This document shows positions 33,615-49,543 of a DNA stretch of 64,000 nt, one piece after another; position 1 is the first letter of the stretch, and every line of letters begins with the position of its first letter. The DNA is from the human T2T-CHM13v2.0 reference genome, Homo sapiens, in NCBI RefSeq assembly GCF_009914755.1, contig NC_060937.1; one strand, 5' to 3'. The translations under genes and the position numbers were made by a program. The notes beneath the pieces were generated by a model. It ran no database searches, was not told the origin of the DNA, and worked only from the letters and a program-made list of their open reading frames with translations.

Positions 33615-36012
33615 TGATATGGTTTGGATCTGTGTCCCTGCCCAAATCTCATATCAAATTATAATCCTCAGGGTTGGAGATGGGGCCTGGTGGGAGGTGA
33701 CTGGATCCTGAGAGTGGATTTTCTCCTTTGGTGCTTTTCTCCTGATAGGATTCTCACAAGATCAGGTTGTTTAAAAGTGTGTGGCATTTCCCACCTCTCT
33801 CTCTTCCTCTTGCACCTGGCTATGTGAAGTGCCAGCTTCCCTTTTGCCTTCCACCATGATTGTAAGTTTCCTGAGGCCTCCCCAGAAACTGAGGAGATGA
33901 TGCGACCCTTTCTGTACAGCCTGTGGAACAATGAACCAATCAAACCTCTTCTTTATAAATTACCAAGTCTCAGGTAGTTCTTTATAGTAGTGTGAGAATG
34001 GACTAATACAAAAAATTGGTAGAAGGGAGGCATTGCTATAAAGATACCTGAAAACGTGGAAGTGGCTTTGGAACTGGACAGAAGCTGGAAGAGTGTGCTA
34101 GGCTCAGAAGAAGACAGGAAGATGAGGGAAAATTTGGAACTTCCTAGAGATTTGTTAAAATGTTGTAACCAAAATGGTGATAGTAATATGGACAATGAAG
34201 TCCAGGTTGAGGAGGTCTTGGATGAGATGAGGAACTTACTGGAAACTGGAGCAAAGGTCAGTTTTGTTATGCATTAGCAAAGCACCTGGCTGCATTGTGC
34301 CCCTGCCCTAGGGATCTGTGAAAATTTGAACTTGAGAATGATTTAGCCTACCTGGCAGAATAAATTTCTAAGCAGCAAAGTGTTCAAGAAGTAGCCTGGC
34401 TCCTTCTGGTACCTATGTTCATATGTGTGAGCAAAGAAATGATATGAAACTGGAACTTATATTTAAAGGGAAGCAGAGCATAAAAGTTTGGAAAATTTGC
34501 AGCCAAGCCATGTGATGGAAAAGAAAATCCCATATTCAGGGGAGGAATTCAATCAGCCTGCAGAAATTTGCATAACTAAAAGGAACACAAATGCTGATGG
34601 CCAAGACAAGGGGGAAAACACTTTGAAGGCATTTCAGAGAACTTTGTGGCAGCCTCTCCCATCACAAGCCTAAAGACCTAGGAGGGAAAAATGGTTTCCC
34701 GGGCCAGGCCCAGAGCCCAGTAGTGTGTGGCCTTAAAACACTGCTTTTTGCATTCCAGTCTTCAGCTCCAGCTGTGGGTTGAAGGGGCCCAGGTACAGTT
34801 CAGGCCTCTGCTTCAGAAGGTGTAAGCTATAAGCCTAGGCAGCTTCCATGTCATGTTAAGCCTGTGGGTGCCCAGATTATGAGAGCTGAGGCTTGGGAGC
34901 CTCTGCCTAGATTTCAGAGAATGTATGGAATAGCCTGGATGTACAGGCAGAAGTCTACTGCAGGGGCAGAGCCCTCATGGAGAACCTCCACTAGGGTAGT
35001 GTGGAGGGGAAATGTGGGGCTGGAGCTACCACACAGAATTCTCACTGGGGCACTGCCTAGTGGAGTGAGATGAAGGCCACCATCCTCCAGACCCCAGAAT
35101 GGTAGATCCACCAGCAGCTTGCACCCTGCACCTGGAAAAGATGCAGACACTCAATGTCAGGCCGTGAGAGCAGCCACAGGGGCTAAACCCTGCAAAGTCA
35201 CAGGGTGGAGCTGTGCAAGGATTTGGGAGCCCACCTCTTGCATCAGTGTGCCCTAGATGTGAGACATAGAGTCAAAAGAGATTATTTTGGAGCTCTAAGA
35301 TTTAATGACTGTCCTGATGGGTTTTGGACTTGCATGGGGCCTGTAGCCTCTTTCTTTTGGCCAATTTTTCCATGTGGGAATAGGAATGTTTACCCAATGC
35401 CCATATCTCCATTGCATCTTGGAAGTAACCAACTTGTTTTTGATTTTACAGGCTGATAGGGGAAAGGGACTATCCTTGTCTCAGCTGAGACACTGGACTC
35501 TGTACTTTTGAGTTAATGCTGGAATGAGTTATTAAGATTTTGAGGAACTATCAGGAAGACATGATTGGATTTTGGAATATGAGAAGGACTTGAGATTTGG
35601 GAGGGATTGTAGCAGAATGATATGGTTTGGATCTGTATCCCCACCCAAATCTTGAATTGTAATCCCCAGTGTTGGAGATGGGGCCTGGTGGGAGGTGATT
35701 GGATCAAGGAGGCAGATTTCCCTTCTTGGTGCTGTTCTCATGATGGTGAGTTTTCATGAAATCTGGCTGTTTAAAAGTGTGTGGCACCTTCCACCACCTC
35801 TCTCTCCTCTTCCTGCTCTCGGCCATGTGAAGTGCTCGCTTCCTCTTTGCCTCTCACTATAATTGTAAGTTTCCTGAGGCCTCCCCAGAAGCCGAGAAGC
35901 TGCCATGCTTCCTACATAGCCTGCAGAACTGTGAGCCACTTAAACCTCTTTTCTTCATAAATTACACAGTCTCAGGTATTTCTTTATAGCAGTGCAAGAA
36001 TGGACCAATACA
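33615..36012 (+). mobile_element. Full-length MST(A)-type MaLR provirus: 5' LTR 33615-34010, internal region, 3' LTR 35618-36012
   Basis: Two TGATATGGTTTGGATCTGT...AATACA LTRs around a MaLR internal region; 5-bp TSD ACATT. Confidence 0.92.
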
Positions 36013-36829
36013 ACATTAAATGATGAATGCTTTATATGCATATAGGTGTCTTTCAAATGTAAGATTTTTTTTTTCCTTAGAACATGACCAGTAAGTCTAA
36101 TATGAGCTGTGACTAGCCAACACTTGGTCTACTTTAAGGGCACTACATTGAATGCTTCAACAGGCTTGACGATGCAAAGGGAAATAGAGCATAGATGTTG
36201 TGGCTAAGTAATAATTTCTTAGTATGATGAGAATTGGGTGACCATATGTCCTGGTTTGTTCAGGGCAGTCCCAATTTGTATCTGTATTGTAGCATATTAA
36301 TGATGTCCACTTTTATTTTCAAAAATATCCTGGTAAGAGTGGGTCCTCTCCCCATCCGTCCCACCCAGCTCAAAACAGTATGAAAGACAGCAAGCCCAAA
36401 ATTCTGGGCTCCTCAAACTTAGATGATATCTGCCTCCTCATGAGTTAGTAAAACTGTCAACCTTCTGGCCTACCTTACCAAATAGATATATCCACTTTCT
36501 TGCATCTTTGATCTTATACATACAAACAGGGCATATACAAAATATTGTCCTGTTGGTTAGGTGATTCCATCGTAAACTAAAGTGAGAGCATTTACTGAGT
36601 CCAGGTCATCATTCTTACCAATCCTCAAACAAGGGCTTGGCTTTGTGGTCTAACGTATCTTGGTCTTGTCCTGTCACCCAGGCTGGACAATCATAGCTCA
36701 CTGTAACCTCAAATGCTTAGCGATCCTCCTACCTCAGCCTCCCAAAGAATTGAGATTACAGGCATGAGCTACTGCACCCGGGTGACTTCTACGTTTTAAT
36801 GCTCTCAAAATATAAAATATAAAGCAAAC

Positions 36830-38209
<1,380 letters not shown>

Positions 38210-38468
38210 CTATATAAAACTGATACTTATGTCAACATGTCTTGGTAGTGGAATACATGAAAAGACTTGGGTTTTGCTTGATGAATTCAGGGTGGGGGCA
38301 ATCTATTTCCTTTTGAAAACTTAAAAGCGTATTAATAGTTTCCAATTTGAGAATGAGTTGTTTTCTAAAAGTTTACATTTAAGTCAACTGTTTGAAACTT
38401 GAAACACCCTTTTCCACAGAAATGTTAACAATGGTTAATTCCCAGGCCAGCCCAGTAAAGCTGATTAA

Positions 38469-38857
<389 letters not shown>

Positions 38858-38893
38858 TAAATTCAAAAGACAAACTTAAACATGCAATTTAAA

Positions 38894-38899
38894 TTTATT
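38894..38899 (-). terminator. Distal AATAAA poly(A) signal of COMMD6
   Basis: TTTATT on the plus strand, followed on the minus strand by GU/U-rich sequence (GTTTAAGTTTGTCTTTT). Ends ~1.35 kb of non-repeat 3' UTR-like DNA. Confidence 0.6.
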
Positions 38900-40116
38900 T
38901 CAAATCTGCTACCCACAGTGTTTGAGCCAGGGCCTAACTTTGGGTCTTTTTGCATATTGCCTTAAACCTAGAAATGCTACCCTGCAAACAGGGAAGGGGA
39001 AAGAGGAAGGTGTTAATCCGAAGTAAGTGGGAGACAGAGGAACCTCATGCACAGTTACAGAAGGCAGGTTTGCTGTTTTAACCCAGATAGAGGGGTTTCT
39101 ACTCTTATTTCTAGGAACACGACGACACTGGTTGTGGGAGGGAGAGAGAAGGGATCTTTGGTTTCTCCTAATTCTAGAATCATTAATGCACTGGCATCCA
39201 GAGGGTGGGTAATAGAAATGTCTGTGGGTAGTTGGTATGCACAAATGGCCCATCAGCTAACTCATCAAGCTGGTAGGAATCTGAGCGCACAGGTGGGCTG
39301 CGGCAGGCAGCAGTCCTGGGCTCCTCACAGCAGTGTGCTACCTAGCAGGGAACAAAAAAGAAAGTGGACTCACACAGACCTGCAGAAATGCAGACAGGGT
39401 GTGAAGAGGGTTTAAATTTCTAATATGGCGGACCAGAATGTCTTGATCTATTTCTAGGCCATCTATTCTATTCCGGTGGTCTATTTGCTTACTTCTAAAC
39501 AAATGCCATACAATGTGGTGGCTTTATAGTATAAAAGCGTTTAACAACAGGTTTATGTATTTAAATTCAACAGAGATCATCTAATGCAATAACTTGTGCT
39601 AACGGGTTAACTCCGTCGTACAGAACTCAGACTAAAACTCGTCTTTCCAACTCTGCGTATGTATTTGAACTTTCTACAACCATTAATAACAGAAATAATT
39701 GAATGCTAGACTAATACTGTGTAAAGGAGCAATGGTCAATCTTAATCTGATTACAAAAGTTTGAAAAAAGAAGCCTCACTCTTCTGATTGCCATTATAAT
39801 AAGTGATGGCTATACTATTGAATTTGTAAAGTTATCCTAATCAAATACTACTTTTCTAATTTATATATATTTTTATATACATGACTCCAAATAAGACTGT
39901 TTATAAAATGGGTTCCATCCAGTACAAGTTTTTAAACTATTGTTGTAACACATAAATTTGTGCTGCCTCCAACAGCAATGATTCAACTGTTAGTCTGATT
40001 ACATCATTCACATTATCACCAAGTATATCCTCTAAAGTGTCTAATTATCACTTTTATAAAGCACATTCACAAAGTTTTGCATTCATCACCACTACCCAGT
40101 TCCTGTTTGTCTGATT

Positions 40117-40122
40117 TTTATT
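40117..40122 (-). terminator. Proximal AATAAA poly(A) signal of COMMD6
   Basis: TTTATT on the plus strand, about 130 nt after the stop codon. Confidence 0.55.
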
Positions 40123-40252
40123 ATTTAAAAAAATGGAAAAACAAAAGTGCATTTTTCATTCAATAAATGTTCCATCCTTATTTAGTTTTGTTGCCGAAAG
40201 TGAAGTCCATGACTTTAGAATGATAGCAATTTATCAACCAAAGAATCCGTCT

Positions 40253-40303
40253 TCACACCGTTTCAATAACTGCAGCAATTTCCTTGAACTGTCTGTAGAA
40301 ATT
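40253..40303 (-). CDS. COMMD6: COMMD6 last coding exon (NFYRQFKEIAAVIETV*)
   Basis: Polypyrimidine tract and CAG| acceptor, 16 codons then TGA. The four exons join in frame to give 85 aa. Confidence 0.96.
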   Translation of the reverse strand, partial: NFYRQFKEIAAVIETV

Positions 40304-41299
40304 CTGGAGAGAAAGGGGGAAAATAATATTAATTTTGCTTTTAGAAGATATTTAAGTAGTTATTTTAATTATATCTGACTACCGGAGACTATATAACATA
40401 TTAAGTTTGCATTTTAGTGTTACATTCTCAATTACTGAAGGTTGCTGTAAGAAATAGGTGCAATTTGGTACTGCAAGCAAAAATACTACTGTGGGGTTGG
40501 ATAATTATCTTATGACTAAACTTTTCAAAAAGCACATGAGAAAGTCCTTTTAAGATCACACCAGATTTATTAAATACTCAGCACTGTCCTAGACACTGAA
40601 AATAAAAACAAAAATAACAAGTTGGTTCCAGGCCTCAAAACACTTTCAATCTAGTAAAGGACTGCATTTCAGTGTGGTAAGGGCTATCTCATTTAAGATT
40701 ATGGGTTCAATTACTAGAAGAGAGATCCAACATTAACTATGGTTTATATGGTAGAAGTTTATTTCTCTGTCATTTAAAAATTAAGCTGGTATAACGGTTC
40801 TCCTATAGAAGTCATCTTCTTTTAAATCTCAGGTAAGAAAGGAATCAAGCAAATTGTTCTTCTGTCTTCTCCTGTACCTACCCCAGGAAGCTAGGAGACA
40901 AATTTGAAACTTAACCTTGGCAATCAGGGTACCTTCTAATGATTTACACATCTGCATTTTCCTTCTTATTTGGTCTTAATTTTCTATTTTGCTACTTAAG
41001 AGGATTTGTATTGTTTTAATTTATATGCAAATTTGTCACAGAATGAAGCAAAGTGTAACTATTTCTTTAAAAATATGTACTGATGTTCAAAATTTTAGTT
41101 ATCAAAAAGATATAAATTAAAAGCTCAAAGAATGTTCCTTAGCTCTCAGTCATGTAATGTGATTAACAGGCTATCTCGTGGTTAGTTTTAAGCCATGTAA
41201 AAACTCTCTTTAAAAGAGTTGCCTCTAATGAAAATGTTTTTGTGTATATTTATATTTAATATGATTATAATGTATGTCTATATGTATATACTATGTATG

Positions 41300-41662
41300 T
41301 GTATACATACACACACAATGGAATATCACACAGCCATAAAAAAGAAGGAAATCCTGCCATTTGCAACAACATGGATGAACCTGGAGGACACTGTGCAAAG
41401 TGAAATAAGCCAGACACAGAAAGGCTAATACTGCGTGATCTCACTTATATGTGGAATCTAAAAAAGTCAAACTCACAGAAGCAGAAAGGAGACTGGAGGT
41501 TGCCAGGAGCTGAGGCTGGGGGTCAATGGGGAAATGTTAGTAAAAAGGTACAAACTTTTGGTTACAAAATGAGTAAGTCTGAGATCTAATGTACAATATG
41601 GTGACTACAGTAATATTGTTATTGTTTACTTGAAATTTGCTAAAAAACATTTTACATGCCCT

Positions 41663-41697
<35 letters not shown>

Positions 41698-41871
41698 TGC
41701 ACACACTCTCTCCAAAAAAAAAAAAGGTAACTGTGTGGGGGTGGATGTGTTAATTAGAGTGACTGTGGTAATCTTTACACAATGTATATCTTTTATCATA
41801 TCATCACATTGTGAAACCTTCAAAATACACAATTTTGTCAACTGTACCTCAATAAAGCTGGGGAAAAAAAG
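41300..41871 (+). mobile_element. L1 (L1MA/MB-like) 3' end with (CA)n; hosts the COMMD6 cassette exon
   Basis: GGAAATCCTGCCATTTGCAACAACATGGATGAACCTGGAGGAC...CTCAATAAAGC. Confidence 0.88.
41477..41515 (-). CDS. COMMD6: COMMD6 alternative 39-nt cassette exon (PQLLATSSLLSAS), derived from antisense L1
   Basis: TACTAAC branch point (41536-41542), CCCCCAG| acceptor, TCT|GTGAGT donor. In frame with no stop; inclusion gives a 98-aa isoform. Confidence 0.75.
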
Positions 41872-42185
41872 TTAATCCAATTGTGATTTTTTTTTTCCTA
41901 TAGGAAAAAATTTCTAGAGGTGGAATCAGGACAGCACAAATGCTGCACAGAATAATAACAATTAGGCCAGCACTGTGAATTACAAAAAAGACCAAAACGT
42001 GTATTCTCTTTCGAAATTGACTGAGTCCTCATATTTAGTTGAATGTTATTCCCATATCACAATATACATTTATTTCCTTTTCACTAAGTCTCAGTTCCAA
42101 GACACTAATCAATATTAATAATGTTAAATTTGTGAACATTATTTTTGTTTCAAAGCAGGGATATCTATTTTAAATAAAGAAATCA

Positions 42186-42536
42186 GGCTGAGCATGGTGG
42201 CTCACGCCTGTAATTCCAGCACTTTGGGAGACTAAAGTGGACGGATCAACTGAGGTCAGGAGTTTCAGAAGTGGATGGATCAACTGAGGTCAGGAGTTTC
42301 AGACCAGCCTGGCCAACATGGTGAAACCTCATCTCTACTAAAAATACAAAAATTAGCTGGGCGTGGTGCTGCGTGCCTGTAATCCCAGCTACTCAGGAAG
42401 CTGAGGCAGGAGCATCGCTTGAACCCAGGAGGCAGAGGTTGCAGTGAGCCTAGATCATACCATTGCACTCCAATTGCATCCAGCCTGGCCAAAAAGAGTG
42501 AAACTGTGTCCCAAAAAAAAAGAAAAAAAAAAAGAA
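42186..42536 (+). mobile_element. Alu with an internal 34-bp tandem duplication
   Basis: 42236-42269 is repeated at 42270-42303. Confidence 0.9.
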
Positions 42537-42898
42537 ATGAAAGGGAAACAAATTATTTAAAATGTAGTTTATAAAAGCAGAAATCAAAAGTATCATAAAG
42601 TGGTATATGAAAGGGTTTTCTTTAAAAGGAAGCCTAGGACCAATATAATTTTAGTTAGTTTTACAAAGAATCACTTTTTATTTCCATTTCATTCACGATG
42701 GTTGCTTTCTCTGACTTTTAGAGTACTAACTGCTGTTTAAGTACTAAGTGTAAGTACTAACTTCGTACTAGTGTAAGTGCTAAGAATAGATTCCTACCTA
42801 TTCATACCAAAAGGAACAAACCAAACAAAAACAAAACTGTACAGGACAGTTAAATTAATGACAAAACATCTCCAGTATGTACATTTAAAAGAAAACCT

Positions 42899-43282
<384 letters not shown>

Positions 43283-43764
43283 TCACTCTAAACTACTGAG
43301 TTACTTAAGTCCCTAGCTGATAAAGCCAGCCAAGAGGTACACTTGCTCTGACCTATCTTTTGTAAACATTATCAGTCAGAAAATTCAGGGTCAACACTAT
43401 TCAAAGATTCATTTAGCTTAACATTCTTGAATATTAAGCCCAAAGGAATAAGAATAAAACATTTAAATGCAAAGTAAATATCCTGCCATTGAAGATAAAA
43501 CTTTCCTAAATATACTCAGAGAGGAGTACTGTTCAAGCGATCAAATGGCGCAGTACACAACTTCAGCACATTATATTGAAAATAATTTATCAAATTCCCA
43601 AAGAAGACAAATTAATGTCTCTTGCATATACTACTAGTAAACGTAAAGCATATCAATCTACAAATAAAAACCATTAAAGTTTTCCCGTAGAAAGATTTTA
43701 TACATCTTTTTATGCAATGATTACAGAAAAGCTGAGCTAAAACTGGATGAGTTAAATCACAAAC

Positions 43765-43917
43765 CTGAAACTGTGGAATCGTCATTTCAAAGCACTTGGT
43801 CTTTACTTGGCCTGAATGATCTGCCACTTTTAGCATCACTGCAACGTAAGGATACTTAAGAGATCTGCAAGTGTCTGAGCTCACAGCCATACCCAGTTTC
43901 CACTGAAAATCTACAAG
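43765..43917 (-). CDS. COMMD6: COMMD6 exon 3, COMM domain (LVDFQWKLGMAVSS...FEMTIPQFQ)
   Basis: 153 nt (51 codons) with acceptor TTAAAG| and donor CAG|GTTTGT. Contains the COMM-domain DFQWKLG motif. Confidence 0.97.
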
Positions 43918-44268
43918 CTTTAATAAGACAGGACAAAATAATACATTAGTAGTAACATTACCTGGAATGCAGATATTTATTCAATTTTACTGCAGTTACA
44001 CTCAACTTTTAGTTTCAACGCTGGTCATATTTACATAAAGTATCTTCATTTTAATACTGCTAGAGGAACAATAATCAAATGAAAAAATGGAGAGGTTATA
44101 AGGGATATAAACAGTTAAAAAACACCATCATAGTTTAAAATGGAAAAAACAAAAAGTGAAAAAAAAAAATCTCCCCTCCAATGTATAACGGAAGTGGAAG
44201 GAAGATGTGGCAGTATTGGTTTCCTTTAACAGGCTTGGAGTATCTTTTAGTTCACTTTGCTGTTCCAT

Positions 44269-44925
44269 GCTCAAGACTTACATTAGCATGTATAGTGATA
44301 AGGTGGTTTTGGATTTCATCATTGTTCATGACAGATACATACCCTGGGTGAAGTGCTATGCAGTTTACATGTATTACATACCTCACTGAATCAACATAAC
44401 ACTATAGGTTATTGTTTCCACTTTGCAGATGACAAAAGCCAACTTCAGAGAGCTTAGGTAATGTGCATAAGGTCACACATTTCTGGAATCAGAACTGAAG
44501 CCAAAGTCTGTTTGACTCCAAAGATTACATGCTTAGTGACTACTGGTTGTCTTAATACTTTTAATCTAATTCCTGTCAATGATTGTTAAATGATGCCATG
44601 GCATAAAACATGCAGCTGTTAATACTGCCTCATATTAAGGCACATAACTCTAAAACATAAAACACAGGGGTAAATACTGTCTGTCTTGTTTCCAAAGCAT
44701 AGCCTGGTACATAGCAGCCACTCAAAAAGTACTTGCTCACTGACTGATACCTTTTTCTACAAAACTAATGCTCACTGGGCAAAAAACTTCACTTGTTAAT
44801 ACATTTCTTCTTGGAAAAGTTAGGATTTTTGTAAATCCCACCACGTATCCTACCACATATCCATCATGAACAATGATGAAATCCAAACCACCTTATCACT
44901 ATTTACACTAATGAAATATTTGAGC
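44269..44925. repeat. Long-range inverted repeat (cores 44292-44331 and 44864-44902) enclosing a MIR fragment
   Basis: The cores are reverse complements except for a 1-nt indel. Confidence 0.92.
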
Positions 44926-46205
44926 TTGAGGACTATGGTGAGGTAAAGAAATAGAATGGTTCCCAAGTGTGCCTCAATCAACCATAAAAGTTATATAACC
45001 CATTTTCTATTTTAGGACTTTTGGGGTATGGAATAGGGGAAGGCATTTGTAAATCTCCCATTTTTATAAAAGGGGGACCAAAAATTCCTCCTATCTCAGA
45101 CTTTCTTTGCACCAATCTCCTACAGCATTAAGTCCAAGCTAGTGCTGACAAAAGGTTAACATCTTTTATAAGTAAGAAGATTGAATAAATTCATTTTAAA
45201 GAAAAGTTCTCCATATAAAAATAGAAAGGCAAATCACAAAATAACTACAAATTTCTAATAAACATATGAAAATGTGCTCACCTTAAGAAACAAGGAATTA
45301 AAAGCCACAATTAGATACCACTACACAGCTACCAAAATGGCAAAAATTTAAGTCTGAAAATTCCAAGTATTGGCAAGGAAGGATGTGAGGCAATGGGAAG
45401 TGTCACATGCTGTTGGTGAAAGTGTAAACTGGGCCAATCTATCAAAGAGCTGACTTTAGCTAGTAAAACTGAAGCTCTGCATACTGTGATCCAAATTCTA
45501 CTAGGGATAGAACTTAGAAAAACTTTTTGAATATGTACACAGGATACATATATGAAAATGTCCCCAGCAGCTTTATTCATAATAGCCCTAAACTGAAAAC
45601 CCAAATGTTCAACAGAAATAAAATGGATAAATGAAATGCTATACAGCAATGAAAATGAACTTCAGTTACACGTAAAACCAAAAATATTTAAAACAAGTCC
45701 AAAAGTTATGATTCAGTTCACTTAAACTTGAGAAACAGGTGGTAAAACTATAAAGAGAATATGCCTATCCTTTTGGGGTGGAGAGAAGTGGGCATTGATT
45801 GAAGAGGAGCATCTGGTGGGCTTCTGGGGGACTGGTAACACTCCATTTATTGACTTTTGCTTGTGGTTACACGAGTGTTCGCTTTTAGATAATTCATTAA
45901 CTGTCCATATTTTGTGCACTTTTTGCATATATAGTCCAGAGAGAGCAATGTAAGTCAGTGACTACATTTCTGGTTGAAAGGAAGAGTTTATTGTAGCCTA
46001 GGGAGTTAAGGGAAAGCTTTACAGAAGGCTTTAAGCTCCATTTTGAAGAATAAACAGAACAGGAATTGAGGAAAATGTGTTTTATTTATACATACCATAA
46101 ATGCACACCTAGCAAAGAATAAATGCTTAATAAATATTGGGCGGAACCAATTACAGATGAAAAGAGTCGAAATTTGGTTTAGGGATAGAACATTTTATCT
46201 GTCTT

Positions 46206-47242
<1,037 letters not shown>

Positions 47243-47578
47243 GAGAGAGAGAGAGATATTCTTCTGGTGGCAGCAGAACACAATAATCCAAGTCTGAAGT
47301 TATGTAAGTGCCTGAACTAAGTTGGTGACAAGCAGGACTAAACTGATCATATGAAGGATGCATTGCTAGGTCTTGATGATTGCCTACAAGATACAACTAT
47401 AGTTGTTTATAGAAAATTATAAAAAATTGAGCTTGGATAACTGGGAGAATGCTGAGGTATCCAGTCCAAAAGTATCATTAAGAGATGATACTAGGGTTAT
47501 CTCTATAGGAATGTTCAGAAAGTGGCTAAAAATCCAAGAACAGAATTCAGGAGAGTTCATGAGTAGAGAGAGTTTTAA

Positions 47579-47761
<183 letters not shown>

Positions 47762-48589
47762 TGAGTATGAAATAAGTAAGCAATTTCTTATTCTTAACAG
47801 TATTTAGCCTGTACAACTCCTTGATGGAAGAAGTTCCACTTTTACCATCAACATTAAAGTGGCAGAGTAAAGGGTTGCCTATTTGTTTCTCAGAATCTGA
47901 AATAAAACTAGAAGATTTCAAGCAGAAAAGCAATGAAGGCGTGCAATGCTAAGTTCCACTCACTATTAAAACAGTGAAATTGTCAGGTGAGGAAACGGAG
48001 AGCTGCCATCAAGACACTGTGCAAAGTCAGTCTTCACAATTGAAAGAAAGCTAAGACTAGGTTTATGAGATGAGAATTTCCAAAATTCTAACCTCAACAG
48101 TTAAATGCAAACTGAAAGCAAACCTTCTAATAAGTGTGGTTTCACCTTAAGTAGGAGTGAACTGCACAGATTTTAAAAATAAAAGAATATAAAAGAAAAA
48201 ATCAGAACAGAGAGCACTTACCACTATGCAGAATGTTAAGAATGAAACAATGTGCGGTAGCCCCAAAATCATTGTATGATGAAGTATTAAAAAAGGAAAA
48301 CATACAAAGAAACAAAAAGCTAGTAGTAAAAAAGGAAATATAAAAACATCCAGAAGTAAAATGAATATAAAGAATAATCAGAAAGTAAATATATAAAAAG
48401 GTAAACACACAAATTAGCTGTAGTCACACTAAAAATTGATGTGGAGGCTGAAGTTACTAGTAATATAAAAACATGACTATAAAAACTGTCTATATAGATA
48501 AAACTGGTAATTCCTATGTGTTTTGAGTAAGAGAGGGAGGCCTCACTATTCAGTATATACTAAGCAATACTATATTCTAGGAATTAGGG

Positions 48590-49200
48590 ATGTAAAAAAT
48601 AGTTCCTGACCTTCAGAATTCTAGTGGGGAAGGCAGACAATAAACAAAAATATAATGTAATGGTAGTATTATAGCGTGACGAAATGCAGGGTAAGGTGAC
48701 AGAGTGACAAGAAAGGCTATTTAGATATAACCTGGGACGACCTCTTTCATGCGGCTTTTGAACAGAAAGAGACTCGAATAAAATGAAGAAAAAGCCACAG
48801 GATCTGGAGAAGAGCATTCTGGACTGAGGGAGAAGCATGCTTGGCGTGTTCAGGGAACAATGAGGCCCAGGTGGCTGGAGGGGCATGAGCTAGGAAGAGT
48901 GGTAAGAGATGAGGAATCCATCTTCGAAGGGCCCTGTAGGCCACAGTAAATACCTACGACTTTTTTCCAGTGTGACAAGAATCTCTTAAAAAGCTCTGAG
49001 TAGCGGAGATACCTGGTCTAACTTACATTGCAAAAGGCTCATCCAGACCGCCAGGTGAGGCACAAAGTTTAAGGAAGTTGGAAGACCCTGTTACAAGGCT
49101 ACTGCGGTATTCCAGGAAAGAGAATGGCGGCTTGGACCCAGGTGGCAGCAAGAGGAGGTGAATTTAGAGTGAGAGAAAACAATATGCTGATCTGATTGTA
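48590..49200 (+). mobile_element. L2 fragment
   Basis: TCTAGTGGGGAAGGCAGACAATAAACAA...GGCCCTGTAGGCCA...GGCTTGGACC. Confidence 0.7.
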
Positions 49201-49543
49201 TGTCAGGTGTGAGGGAGAGTTGGGAGCCTCCAGTAATTTGTCGATTTCAGTTTAGGCACTGGTTTCTGTGGAGCTTCTGCTCTAAGCTGTGGTTCTCTGT
49301 ATTCGCAGTCTGTCTCACCAATTTGGGGGACAGCAATTTGCCCTGTGACCTTGCTTCTCTGACAGATCCAAGAGGAGTTGTTGATTTTTCAGTTTGTTCA
49401 GTTTTTCCTTGTTGCTAGGACAGGTGGTGACTTCCAAGCTCCTCATGCGCTGGATCACAAAGTAAAAGTCTACCGCTTTTTGTAATTTTCTTCATAAAAC
49501 TTTTAAATATCTTTTATTAGATTTCTTGCAAGATACTCCGTAA

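Noticed and set aside
34056-35456. Short ORFs in the MaLR internal region
   Set aside because: Decayed retroelement sequence fragmented by stop codons.
42720-42790. Degenerate AGTACTAA repeats containing TACTAAC
   Set aside because: They are on the strand opposite to COMMD6 transcription and are probably a local slippage duplication.
43612-43764. ORF read-through beyond COMMD6 exon 3 (VCDLTHP...)
   Set aside because: Intronic sequence after a valid donor; similarity to COMMD6 stops at the splice site.
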